Shown here in pieces: positions 47,301 to 55,677 of a DNA stretch of 64,000 nucleotides. A model generated the notes under the pieces. It was given only the letters and a program-made list of their open reading frames with translations. It was not told the DNA's origin and ran no database searches. The stretch spans positions 707,478 to 771,477 of the forward strand of contig MU008158.1 in NCBI GenBank assembly GCA_010909165.1. The letters run 5' to 3'. Position 1 is the stretch's first letter, and each line of letters opens with the position of its first letter. Made by a program: the position numbers and the translations under genes. Source of the DNA: Anthoceros angustus (taxonomy: Eukaryota > Plantae > Anthocerotophyta).

Positions 47301-49146
47301 AACAGATATGGAGAGCGGGGGATGGGACACTAAAGGAAATGCAGCCTCAGAACCGTGGGAGACCGCAAAGGGAAGTGGCCAGCCTTCCTTTGGTGGGTGG
47401 GGGGATGAACCCATGGGTAGAAACACAAAGGAGCCCACAAGCTCTCCAGGTTGGGGAGGTGGAGATGCTACTGAAAACGCTGGTGCTGGAGGGTGGGGAG
47501 ACAAACCTACAGCTGGATGGGGCATGGATAGAGCAGAAGACACAACAGGTAAGACATCTCACGATGAGTGGAGAAGTGCGGGGGCAACAGGCTGGGGTAC
47601 AGCAGAGGGGACTGACTCTCGGCGGGGTCAAGAACAGGGCAGTAAGAATGATGGTTGGGGTGATACCACTAAGTCAGCCAACGGTGGTGGTGGTTGGGCT
47701 GACGCAGAAGTACCCCAGGCTTCAGATGAGTGGGGAGATGCAGGTAAGGCCGTAGCTGGAGATGACGGGGCCCAAGTTCCATCAGCAGGTGGATGGGATG
47801 ATGATGTCGCAGCCAGATGGGGAGATGCAGGTAAAGCTGCAGCAGGGGAGACAGGTGAGTGGAGCCAACCCTCAGCAGGTGGACGGGAAGACGATGCCCC
47901 GGGGGGATGGGGTAATGCTGGTAAGATTGCTGCAGCGGATCCGGGTCAACTTGAAGACAAGTGGGGTCAAGCTCCATCTGTGGCTGGACATGATAATGTG
48001 GCCCCACCGTCCCGTTCCGCTCCTAGGCACAACAGGCCCTTTGACGATTTCTCAGGTGGACGAAGAAGGAAACAGGATACGTCTTGTTCTGGTGCAAACA
48101 CGGAACCTCTTGGTAAAAACCGATTTTGGAATAAGGGCGACCTCAGTGTTTCTTTTAAACCAGATGATAAAGTGCAGCCCGCTGCTGAATCAGGTGCTTC
48201 TGGAGCGTCGAGAATTGACGTAGGAAGCCAAGAATCTGCTGGGAAGAGGAGTGTAGACAATGCTTTGTGCGATGCAGGTATAGGAGGCTGGGGCGACAAG
48301 CAGAAGGCTGTTGAGGAATCTAGTGGCTGGGATACCCCAGAAGTAGGAGGGCAAGCACTTGGCTGGGGTAAGCCTGTCGAGGCTGACTCAGGAGGTTGGG
48401 GCAAGACTGTCGAGGCAGACGCAGGAGGTTGGGGCAAGCCTGTCGAGGCAGACGCAGGATGTTGGGGCAAGCCTGTCGAGGCATACACGGGAAGTTGGGG
48501 TAAGGCAGATACGAATGAATCAGGTTGGGGTCACAAAGAATCGGCGAAGAGTGATGATTGGGGGGCAAAGAATGATGATTTGGGACCCGTGAAAGACACA
48601 GGAGGCTCGGGTGCATCCGAAGGTGAGCAGAAGCTTGCCGGGGGCAAGGGTAGGGGAAGGCGGGCAACAGGGGATGGGCAACAAATAGGAAGACAAACCG
48701 GGCGTCCACCACGCGCACCAGGTGGACAACCACCACGCGCTGCACGATTTCAAGAGGCCCCCGTCTTGTCACCTGAGGACGATGCAGTGAAGAATGAGAT
48801 TGTGGCCATCCTGCAAAGAGTACAAGAGATACTGGATAAGGGTGGAATACTTTCCGACGAAGATGCCAAGTTTATCATTGAGAAGGCTCTTGCCTACCAT
48901 CCGGACAGAGAAACCAAGACCAGTGGCGGCATCGATCACTTCAAGGCTGATTCGCATCCGCTGTACCCTGCCTCCCGGTGCCTGCTGATTGTGCAGACAG
49001 ATGGTAGCGAAACTGATTTGTCTCACCACAGATGTATGCAGGAATATGCGAGGTCCAAGAGCAAGGTTTTGTTCGAGAACTACTCCTTGTTTTTTAAACC
49101 ACCAAGACCTCCGAAGGCTAGACATCCAAGGGCTGAACAGGAGTGA
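44371..49146 (+). CDS. NRPE1: RNA polymerase V largest subunit (NRPE1-like), 5'-truncated by the gap
   Basis: VFVNRNPSLHK, metal-A motif NADFDGD (44620-44640), PQQ..SPQ.G, a Pol IV/V-type bridge helix EPGSLFKSLM..LRD..DGTVR, GEPVGVLA.TA (NRPE1-like), a long WG/GW-rich CTD and a C-terminal DeCL/DUF3223-like domain (YHPD..K..GID....HP....SRC....DG). Open from the gap to the stop. Confidence 0.9.
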   Translation, partial: GPKASLAKRGVPYYERDGEITATAKNPDWEPQIGDVAYRFLMDGDLVFVNRNPSLHKHSLVALRVRRHSPTAIALNPLLCGPLNADFDGDALHVFAPQSFEVLGEMRELMTVPQQMISPQGGQVMIRLTQDALLGAHLLTSFGVFVDKPAMGQLVCQTSSSMPEPAILKSPNSGPLWTGAQVFGLTLPAELDYTHSSGVLISKGELLRCGGASDWLGSSPESIVGQICSKLGPESAVEHLNIAQYVIHGWLLMRGFSIGLDDVYATKDSAARKKLTRAIKEEFRIRKRRVLDHPLVSGNLRKKRVSALEDFDYMDLDGDDELLQKVEQIISRSKDKHKEEIAVVEFRGLPAIIESLITSQMAQSNSLLRMVKSGSKGSMAKVVQQSGLLGLQLNAGAKLLPHKKSSKFKYGMPLQQGGCDDEASAKKNDDEAWEGCGVVGSSFLEGLSPVEFFTHAMSSRLATISQCLDVREPGSLFKSLMCFLRDVYVAHDGTVRTRLGKCIIQYFYGGALAACETTGMDDKSMREVCQTAAGEPVGVLAVTALVQPIYQAILDTPHQTGIKDMRPLELLQETLLPRFMSLAKPCDQKVILRLNKPSTCNCNTELYGCSCVEKVAVQVQNHLRKLSLDKLVTGTAIVFEQQDGGTVSPWIGHIQVSLEELEYHELTMEGLLFQLEKLVTDPNNAKILGHVEFSKCISCNSTKSNGGPCIRIRTEYPVQTPALAESLEFIKYTLFPALLKTGVKGSNLIQSVNILWETKVSPFRISETDPEETVVEVVTQGKQPRGKSFSIVKLACIPIMDLVDWSRSSPYSIQELRQSHGIEAAHHCILHRLKLAVKSMGAVVHPHHLQLIADFMAFTGDAVGFMYAGYKDYIRSISCSAPFTQGAFQAPWKSFADAAQKGESESVNGVLSSCAWGKRAPIGTGADFEIQYVARDTAKLLEVDIHEFYGQVAAEVARLRPVPEIPFPEMVVASPGATDMESGGWDTKGNAASEPWETAKGSGQPSFGGWGDEPMGRNTKEPTSSPGWGGGDATENAGAGGWGDKPTAGWGMDRAEDTTGKTSHDEWRSAGATGWGTAEGTDSRRGQEQGSKNDGWGDTTKSANGGGGWADAEVPQASDEWGDAGKAVAGDDGAQVPSAGGWDDDVAARWGDAGKAAAGETGEWSQPSAGGREDDAPGGWGNAGKIAAADPGQLEDKWGQAPSVAGHDNVAPPSRSAPRHNRPFDDFSGGRRRKQDTSCSGANTEPLGKNRFWNKGDLSVSFKPDDKVQPAAESGASGASRIDVGSQESAGKRSVDNALCDAGIGGWGDKQKAVEESSGWDTPEVGGQALGWGKPVEADSGGWGKTVEADAGGWGKPVEADAGCWGKPVEAYTGSWGKADTNESGWGHKESAKSDDWGAKNDDLGPVKDTGGSGASEGEQKLAGGKGRGRRATGDGQQIGRQTGRPPRAPGGQPPRAARFQEAPVLSPEDDAVKNEIVAILQRVQEILDKGGILSDEDAKFIIEKALAYHPDRETKTSGGIDHFKADSHPLYPASRCLLIVQTDGSETDLSHHRCMQEYARSKSKVLFENYSLFFKPPRPPKARHPRAEQE
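48361..48505 (+). repeat. 33-bp (11-aa) coding repeat GWGKPVEADAG, about 5 copies, in the Pol V CTD
   Basis: The GGGG of successive units falls at 48365, 48398, 48431, 48464 and 48497. Confidence 0.9.
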
Positions 49147-49328
49147 GCTCTTTAGATAATTCAGACTTCAATTGGAACGTACGCGCATGACGATGCTCGT
49201 TGCCGAGACGTCCAAAATTTTGAAAATGGCAGACAATCTAGCTTTGCTAGTCTAACTTCTAGACGATACAACCCTAAATCGCGATCGCGGTCAGGATGAT
49301 AGAAAGTTGTCATGTAGCGAGTACCTAC

Positions 49329-51725
49329 CTACTTTCCCCTATGCCTGGGGGTCGGACTAAGTGGGCCAAGGGAACCTTCCTGTACAAGCTGTAAACTGAG
49401 CTCCTTCAGCTTCGCACAGACCTGCTTACTTTGTGAGTGCGTAACCTCTCCGGCCATGAACACATGCACCTCATGCATGTGCTCAATCCAGCTTTGGCCA
49501 GGCTTTTTCCACGCACCTGAGCGCCGCCGTAACTCATCGACCTCCTTTGCTTCATCCCACATGCCGGCGTCTGAATACATATTCGCCATAAGCAAATACG
49601 CCGCACCTTGCTGTGGCTGCAACCGTACGGCCCACTCAAACACCTGATTCCCAAGCTCTACATTTTCATACTTGCGGCAGGCGCCAAGCAGGGACAAGAA
49701 AACAGCCAAATCAGGCTCCATCGGCATTCTCGACAGCAGTTTTTCGGCTTCAACTAAAAGTCCAGCACGACCAAGAAGATCAACAAGGGCCGCAAAATGG
49801 TCCACTTCCGCGGCAATCCCGTAGTTTTGAGTCATGCATACAAAGTACTCAATTCCCTTCTCAACCATGCCACCATGACTGCATGCAGAGAGAACTAAAA
49901 CAAAAGTCACTGAATCTGGCGATATTCCCGCCTGCTGCAGTTCCTCAAAGCATCGCAAGGTCATCTCCCACTCTCCTAGTCTTGCGTACCCTGAAATCAA
50001 GGCATTCCATACGACTATATCCTTTTGGGGCAGCAAGTGAAAGACATGCCGAGCATCTAACATATTTCCACAGTTTCCATAAGCGTGGATAAGTGCGGTG
50101 CCTAAAGTAAGACTCAGATCAGATCTTGACTGCATAATCTGACGGTGAATCTGATTACACGCACTGAGGGTTCCAACATCGCTGCATGCTTTCAGAGCCC
50201 ATAGAAAAGTAGCTTCATTTGGTTGCACACCTTCCCATTGCATCTTAGAATATTGCACAAGAGCCTGCTCACCTTGTTGCTGCTGCACGTAAGCAGAGAT
50301 GATGGCATTCCAGGTCACCACATCACGCTTGGACATTAAGTCGAACACATGCTTTGCATCAAGGATGCTGCCACAATTTGCGTACATCTGAATAAGAGTA
50401 TTCGCGACAAACAAGTTGGACTGATAACCTCGTTGCATAACTTCAGCATGTATGGCCTTTCCCTTTCGTAGGGCCCCCACCATGAACAATCCCCCGTTTG
50501 AAAGCACATTTTCCTCCCTTTCTGCCAAGCTAGCACATGCCGTAACCACTATCACAAAGGTGCGATCGTCTGGATTCACACCTTCAACTTGCATTTGGGC
50601 ATAGAGTTGCAGAGCCTTTTCACTCTGATTTTCCTGAACATATGCTGTAAGCATTGCATTCCATGATACCACACTGCCCTGTGCCAGTGCGTTGAATACA
50701 TTCCTAGCAACCTCAGTGCTACCACAGGTTGCATACATGTGGATGAGAGAACTATGGACAAACATGTTTGACTCATAACCCAACTCAGCAGCTTCGGTAT
50801 GAAGGATCCTACCCTGCCCCAAAGCGTCATCTTTAGCTGATGAGTGTCCCATGCTAGCAAGCTTGCCGCATGCCTTCAGCAAACTTACAAATGTCCTCTC
50901 GTTGGGCCTCACACCATCTTGCTTCATCTTCAGATACAAATCAAAAGCTGTTTCACCATGTTCTACCTGGGCATAGCCAGAAATCAATGCATTCCATGAT
51001 GCTATGTCTGGCTCCGACAGGTTGTCAAAAACAAGTTGTGCCTCCACCATGCTTCCACACCGTGCATACATGTCCAGGAGAGTTGTTCCGACGAATAAGT
51101 CAGACTCACAATTATGCCTCACAATCTCAGCATGAACCCATCTCAAATCTTCAGAACTGGAGCATGCTCTGAGAAGACCTAGGAATGTGTGTTTATTCGG
51201 CCTCACATCGTGTCCGAGCATCTGCTGATACATTTGGAGAGCCTTACAACCTTCTCCAGCCTTGGCCAAACCCGATATTATGGCAGTCCACCCAAAAACA
51301 CTCCGATGATGTAGTCTCGGGAACAATTGAAGAGCTCCTGATATATCTCCGCACTTGACCAGTGCACTAACAAGAGTTTCACCCAATAATCCGCTTGTCT
51401 CCAACCTCTTTTCTGCAATGTGAGCATGCAGTTCCTTGATCTCAGCCAGCGCCCCATTCTTCATGCAAGTCTGCAACAGGCGCCTGTAACTTTCAACTGA
51501 GAGCACAGCACCCTGTTGGTCCAGAACTGACAGAACATGCAGAGCCTTTTGCAGCTGCCCCCCCTCACATAGGCGTCTCAACTCATGTTCGTCATCCGAG
51601 TTCATGTAGACCCTGGCATGGATAACAGTTACAACCTTCATTACACCTATCATTGCAGAACTGCCCCCTCTTCTCAAACCATTTTTCTTCACGAAAACCT
51701 TACTTGCAGGCCAGTAAATGCTCAC
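49329..51725 (-). CDS. PLS-class pentatricopeptide-repeat protein with E1-E2-E+ and no DYW (organellar RNA-editing factor)
   Basis: Ordered L-S-P triplets, P2-L2-S2 (LSACSHGG; LVDLLGRAG), E1/E2 and PG box KPGQSWIE, with a stop shortly after E+. The real start is probably upstream: an intron ending at about 51612 (donor near 51738) joins in frame, and a further exon may reach about 52150. Confidence 0.93.
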   Translation of the reverse strand: MSIYWPASKVFVKKNGLRRGGSSAMIGVMKVVTVIHARVYMNSDDEHELRRLCEGGQLQKALHVLSVLDQQGAVLSVESYRRLLQTCMKNGALAEIKELHAHIAEKRLETSGLLGETLVSALVKCGDISGALQLFPRLHHRSVFGWTAIISGLAKAGEGCKALQMYQQMLGHDVRPNKHTFLGLLRACSSSEDLRWVHAEIVRHNCESDLFVGTTLLDMYARCGSMVEAQLVFDNLSEPDIASWNALISGYAQVEHGETAFDLYLKMKQDGVRPNERTFVSLLKACGKLASMGHSSAKDDALGQGRILHTEAAELGYESNMFVHSSLIHMYATCGSTEVARNVFNALAQGSVVSWNAMLTAYVQENQSEKALQLYAQMQVEGVNPDDRTFVIVVTACASLAEREENVLSNGGLFMVGALRKGKAIHAEVMQRGYQSNLFVANTLIQMYANCGSILDAKHVFDLMSKRDVVTWNAIISAYVQQQQGEQALVQYSKMQWEGVQPNEATFLWALKACSDVGTLSACNQIHRQIMQSRSDLSLTLGTALIHAYGNCGNMLDARHVFHLLPQKDIVVWNALISGYARLGEWEMTLRCFEELQQAGISPDSVTFVLVLSACSHGGMVEKGIEYFVCMTQNYGIAAEVDHFAALVDLLGRAGLLVEAEKLLSRMPMEPDLAVFLSLLGACRKYENVELGNQVFEWAVRLQPQQGAAYLLMANMYSDAGMWDEAKEVDELRRRSGAWKKPGQSWIEHMHEVHVFMAGEVTHSQSKQVCAKLKELSLQLVQEGSLGPLSPTPRHRGK

Positions 51726-52441
51726 TTGTCAAGTACTGACCTGCTCGTGCAATCCACAGCGAAACTTGAGCTTGGCTCCGAAGACCTCCTGATCAGCTGA
51801 GCTTCAAGTTGCTGCCGTTCCACCCAGAAGACCTTCAACCTGTAGCACTTCCAAGAAAAAATGGCTCTTTCTCTGGTAACCCAAAGAGGGCGCTTCTGCA
51901 TACATAGCATTGTTTGAGTTCAAGACTTCAGTCCTCCATGATTCTCATGAGCGCAGTTTCCGGTGCGGAAATACCTCAAGCATTCGCTTGCCCACCCAAC
52001 TTGCAGGATACGCCAGTGTCTCTTGCCCACCCATCCTTGGTTTCTAGAGATAATTCCCTTCACCTCGTCCATCGACGACACTGAGACAATGCCGTAGGGT
52101 CTCATCGGCACCTGTTCCTTACTCGTCTCCACAGTCCTTCTGTTCATGGCCAGTTCCGTAGAGGAGGCTCCGAGCTGCACGCGACATCAACTTCCCATGG
52201 CCATCAGCCGGACATCGCCGGAGATAGGACATCCGCAATTCCACACCTTGTGATGTGGTAGTTGATCATGCTAATAAATCATATGATGTGAGCGCGACAC
52301 GTTACCACATGATGTCATGCGAAAGCCATTCGAAAGGATGGGTTTAAATTTTATCCGAATAATGATGAAATCCAACAATCTACGAAACCGTATTCTGGCA
52401 TGATGCGCTGTAGGTATTACCCACCTGTATGCACGTACATA

Positions 52442-53298
52442 TCAGAGTTTCAGATTGACCGCGTCCCGGTCTCGGTCTCGGTCTCGGTCCCGGTCCCGGT
52501 CCCGGTCCTGGTCCTGGTCCCGGTCCCGGTTCCGGTCCTCGACTGTGCAGAACCGGGGACTGACGGTTCCCTAACGTGCTGGTCCAAAATGGAGCAGCAT
52601 GGGCAGAAGAAGAATTTTATTTAAGTTCACTAAGGACGGATTTCCATCATGGGACTTGGTATTTAATAAGTTGTATGATGATGTGGCTAAGCTACTTGCA
52701 CCAAGGGTATCCATGCAAATTGGCTTAGGCCAAATGGACACATTTATAAGGACATCGTTATTAAGCATCCTGTACTTAGATCGATATTTAGATGGAGTGC
52801 CTAAAGGGAGTGGATGCCCTTGGTGCAAGTGACTTATTTAGATAGAGTGCCTAAAGGGAGTGGATGCCCTTGGTGCAAGTGACTTAGGCCCATCATGGTA
52901 CAAGTTGTTAAGTAACAAGTCCCATGACAGAAATCCATCTTTAGTGGACTTAAATAAAATTCAAATTCTTCTTCTTCTTTTACTCTTTGTAGGCGCTCAT
53001 CTAATTACCAATCTAAGTGCAAGATGCTTAATAAAGACGTTCTTATAAAGACAAATGGACACACATGGTGTACCAATATAAACGCTAATTTGTGGCTCAT
53101 CAATGGAGCAAGATATTCTATGTAATCTGATTGGTTTAAATTTTTAATAAATATTTGTAATATAAAAAGGGTCTACACTCCAGTGACCGAGAGCCCCGAA
53201 AAGTACCGGTTCCTGTCCGGTGAGAAACCGGGAGTACAGTACTTCGAAAATGCTGGTCCCCGGGACCGATAGAGTAGGCGGTCAATCAGAAACTCTGA
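52442..53298. mobile_element. Non-autonomous TIR element (about 857 bp), hAT/MITE-like
   Basis: 21-bp terminal inverted repeat TCAGAGTTTCAGATTGACCGC (52442-52462) / GCGGTCAATCAGAAACTCTGA (53278-53298) with 1 mismatch, plus subterminal CCGGT(C/T) motifs including a (GGTCCC)n array. No TSD was seen. Confidence 0.65.
52605..52978. repeat. Fold-back unit with about 110-bp inverted arms ending in (AAG)n/(CTT)n
   Basis: 52605-52712 is the reverse complement of about 52860-52978. The same unit recurs at 56080-57081. Confidence 0.75.
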
Positions 53299-53465
53299 AA
53301 CCGTGACACAGTGACACATATGTATGTACATATGAAGATGTAAAGCTTCATTCTTTTGATTCTACCGCGATCCTGATATCGTCCCCTAAACGACGTCTTG
53401 ATTGCCGCAGCTTGTGCTGTTAGGGCAAGCGGAAGTTCGTGCTTTCGTCTCGTTGGTGCCAGGCC

Positions 53466-54314
53466 ATGGCCGCTGCTGCCAAAGAGCTGCGGTTTCAGCT
53501 GGAGACTCAGGCGTCGGCTTTGCAGAAGATTCAGAAAGGTGATGGCGTGTTCGTAAGCTGGCGCGGCAGTGTGAGATTTTGCTTGATGACTTTTTCGTGC
53601 CTGTCAGCTCTGCTCTCGACTAATTTCAGCAGCTGCTGTCGGCCCTGTGGTGTCCATGTGTGTGTAGACATCGCCAAGAACCACCAAGTGCGGCGGCAGT
53701 ATACAATTCAGCACGGGGAGAATGAGATGGTGCAAAAGGTGCTCACAGAATCACCTTTGCCAACTCTGCAATTCGTTGCCTGTGTTGCTGAGCAAGATAA
53801 ACTCGCTATGGTGGTTTGGTATCGGGGCCTTCTCTGAGCAGGCCGCGCCTCTGTTGGCCACCGTGGTGCGCAGGAGCTAGAGCTGCTTGAGGATGACGCC
53901 AACGTGTATAAGGCCATCGGCCCGTTGCTGGTGAAGCAGGATCTGGTAGAAGCAAGGACCAACGTTAACAAACGCCTTGAGTACATCACCTCAGAGCTGT
54001 GAGTGTCGAAAGCGTGGAATACGGTAGGTGACAGAATTGTAATTTACTACGAGGCGTCATCCTGATCTACTGATATTTTTTGCAGGAGGCGGTTGGATGC
54101 CACGCTCAAGAACTTGGAGGAGCAGCAGAGCAGCAAACAGGACGAAGTAAGTGCATATAGGATTGCTCGGTTCCACCTCTCCTGCATTGGATGCCATTTT
54201 GCGACGGAGAAACAAAGCCCTTGCAGTACTTTGATATGAGCTCTGTTACATCTTCAGGTTTTCAAGCTGCAGCAACGGTTACAGGCCGCACAGACCGCCA
54301 AGGCGAAAACTTGA
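53466..54314 (+). CDS. PFD6: Prefoldin subunit 6, 5 exons
   Basis: Spliced product MAAAAKELRFQLETQASALQKIQKDIAKNHQVRRQYTIQHGENEMVQKELELLEDDANVYKAIGPLLVKQDLVEARTNVNKRLEYITSELRRLDATLKNLEEQQSSKQDEVFKLQQRLQAAQTAKAKT*, with GT-AG introns. Confidence 0.95.
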
Positions 54315-54597
54315 TGTGTCGCTCGTAGCCTCTCTTGTATGTACTATAGTCTGCTTGGTTGTTAGCAGAGTAGTCACCACGCTTTCTTTCTCACATCCTT
54401 ATCACTATTCTAATGCAAGAGGACCTGTCAGGTACAGCCACTTGTAGACCATATGAGCACCGACTCTATCAGCAGCCAATCCCGTGCACCCACATTGAAT
54501 AATGCAATTTGCCCCCTCCATACTTCTCCTTCACCTTGTGCTTCCTGACTGCTCGTTTCCATCCGTAGGGGCTCGGAGGCAGCTGGGACAGGAAGCC

Positions 54598-55677
54598 ATG
54601 CCGGCCCGGATGCTTCTGCTGCTGCTTGCCTGCGTGCTTTCGGGCACCTGCTTTGGCATTGGCAGTGGAGCAGCTGCGTCCGACTACGCTCCATCAGCAT
54701 GCCCGTCCGTCCCCGACCCGGCCTTCCGCCCTGTGTTTGAGGAAATCCAAGGCACAGGCACAGGCCCCGGGACCTTCTACATCTCGCAGATCCCTGCATC
54801 CCCCAAGGCGGTTCTGGTCATCTCACACGGGCTCAACCGCTCGCCCTACACCTTCTGGGACCGGCACCCGGACTGCGCCCTGTGCACGGGCCTGCCCGAG
54901 GACCGGGCCATCGCGCTGGAGGCTTTGCGGAGAGGCTACGCGCTGGTGGCCGTCAAGTCCATCGGCGTGGAGTGGGAGACATGGCCGTTCCAGGAGTCGA
55001 GGGACCGGGCGAACGTGGAAGAAGCGTTGGAGTCCTGGCTGCTCCGCAATCCGCAGCTGCGGGGCCTGCCGCTAGTGGGCCTGGGAGTGTCTGCCGGGGG
55101 CAACTTCTCCTCCGCTCTGGCTCTGGACCTGGAGTTCGCGGGGCTGGTGTTCATGGTGGCATCGGGAAGCTTCGAGGTGCTGGAGCAAGTGAACGGGCTC
55201 CCGTACCCGCCCACCATGTTCATCCACATGCCCAAGGATCCGTGGGAGGATAGCGTGCAGCTGGCGATGGAGCTGATGCGCCGGCGCGGCGTGGAGGTGG
55301 TGGAAGTGGTGTGCAACGAGTTCCCCGTGGCCCCGAACCTCTTCACGGCGCGCATTCCGTGCGTGAGCCAGCAGACCGGCGAGGCCATCTACCAGGCTCT
55401 CGCCGAGTCGGGGCTGCTGGATGCGCGGGACTTTCTCATCCGCGATCCCAGGCTGGCGGATTCCTGGAAGGAAATCCTGCGCCACAGGCGCATCTTGCCT
55501 GACTGTGCTCCCAATGAGCTGTGCCTCCAGTCGCACCTGTTAGAGGAGCTCAACATTGCGTGGGCCTCCCACGCTATAACCAGCTTGCCGTCCAAACACA
55601 TGTTCGACTGGCTCGACGCTCAGGTCGAGAGGAATCGAGATAGTCTCTCATCCCTTCACTTCGTAGAGGCCCTGTAG
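54598..55677 (+). CDS. Intronless secreted alpha/beta-hydrolase-like protein of unknown function
   Basis: ATG at 54598 followed by a signal peptide (MPARMLLLLLACVLSGTCFG), then HG..FWDR.PDC..C.GLPED, a GVSAG nucleophile-elbow-like motif, and candidate Asp (MPKD) and His (SHAI). Strong GC3 bias. Confidence 0.85.
   Translation: MPARMLLLLLACVLSGTCFGIGSGAAASDYAPSACPSVPDPAFRPVFEEIQGTGTGPGTFYISQIPASPKAVLVISHGLNRSPYTFWDRHPDCALCTGLPEDRAIALEALRRGYALVAVKSIGVEWETWPFQESRDRANVEEALESWLLRNPQLRGLPLVGLGVSAGGNFSSALALDLEFAGLVFMVASGSFEVLEQVNGLPYPPTMFIHMPKDPWEDSVQLAMELMRRRGVEVVEVVCNEFPVAPNLFTARIPCVSQQTGEAIYQALAESGLLDARDFLIRDPRLADSWKEILRHRRILPDCAPNELCLQSHLLEELNIAWASHAITSLPSKHMFDWLDAQVERNRDSLSSLHFVEAL

Noticed and set aside
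44371-49146. Calling the polymerase NRPB1 or NRPD1
   Set aside because: There is no YSPTSPS heptad CTD. The bridge-helix and GEPVGVLA patterns plus a long WG/GW CTD before DeCL fit NRPE1 better.
54502-54597. ORF-track start of the hydrolase at 54502
   Set aside because: It is a non-ATG start. The ATG at 54598 directly precedes a signal peptide.
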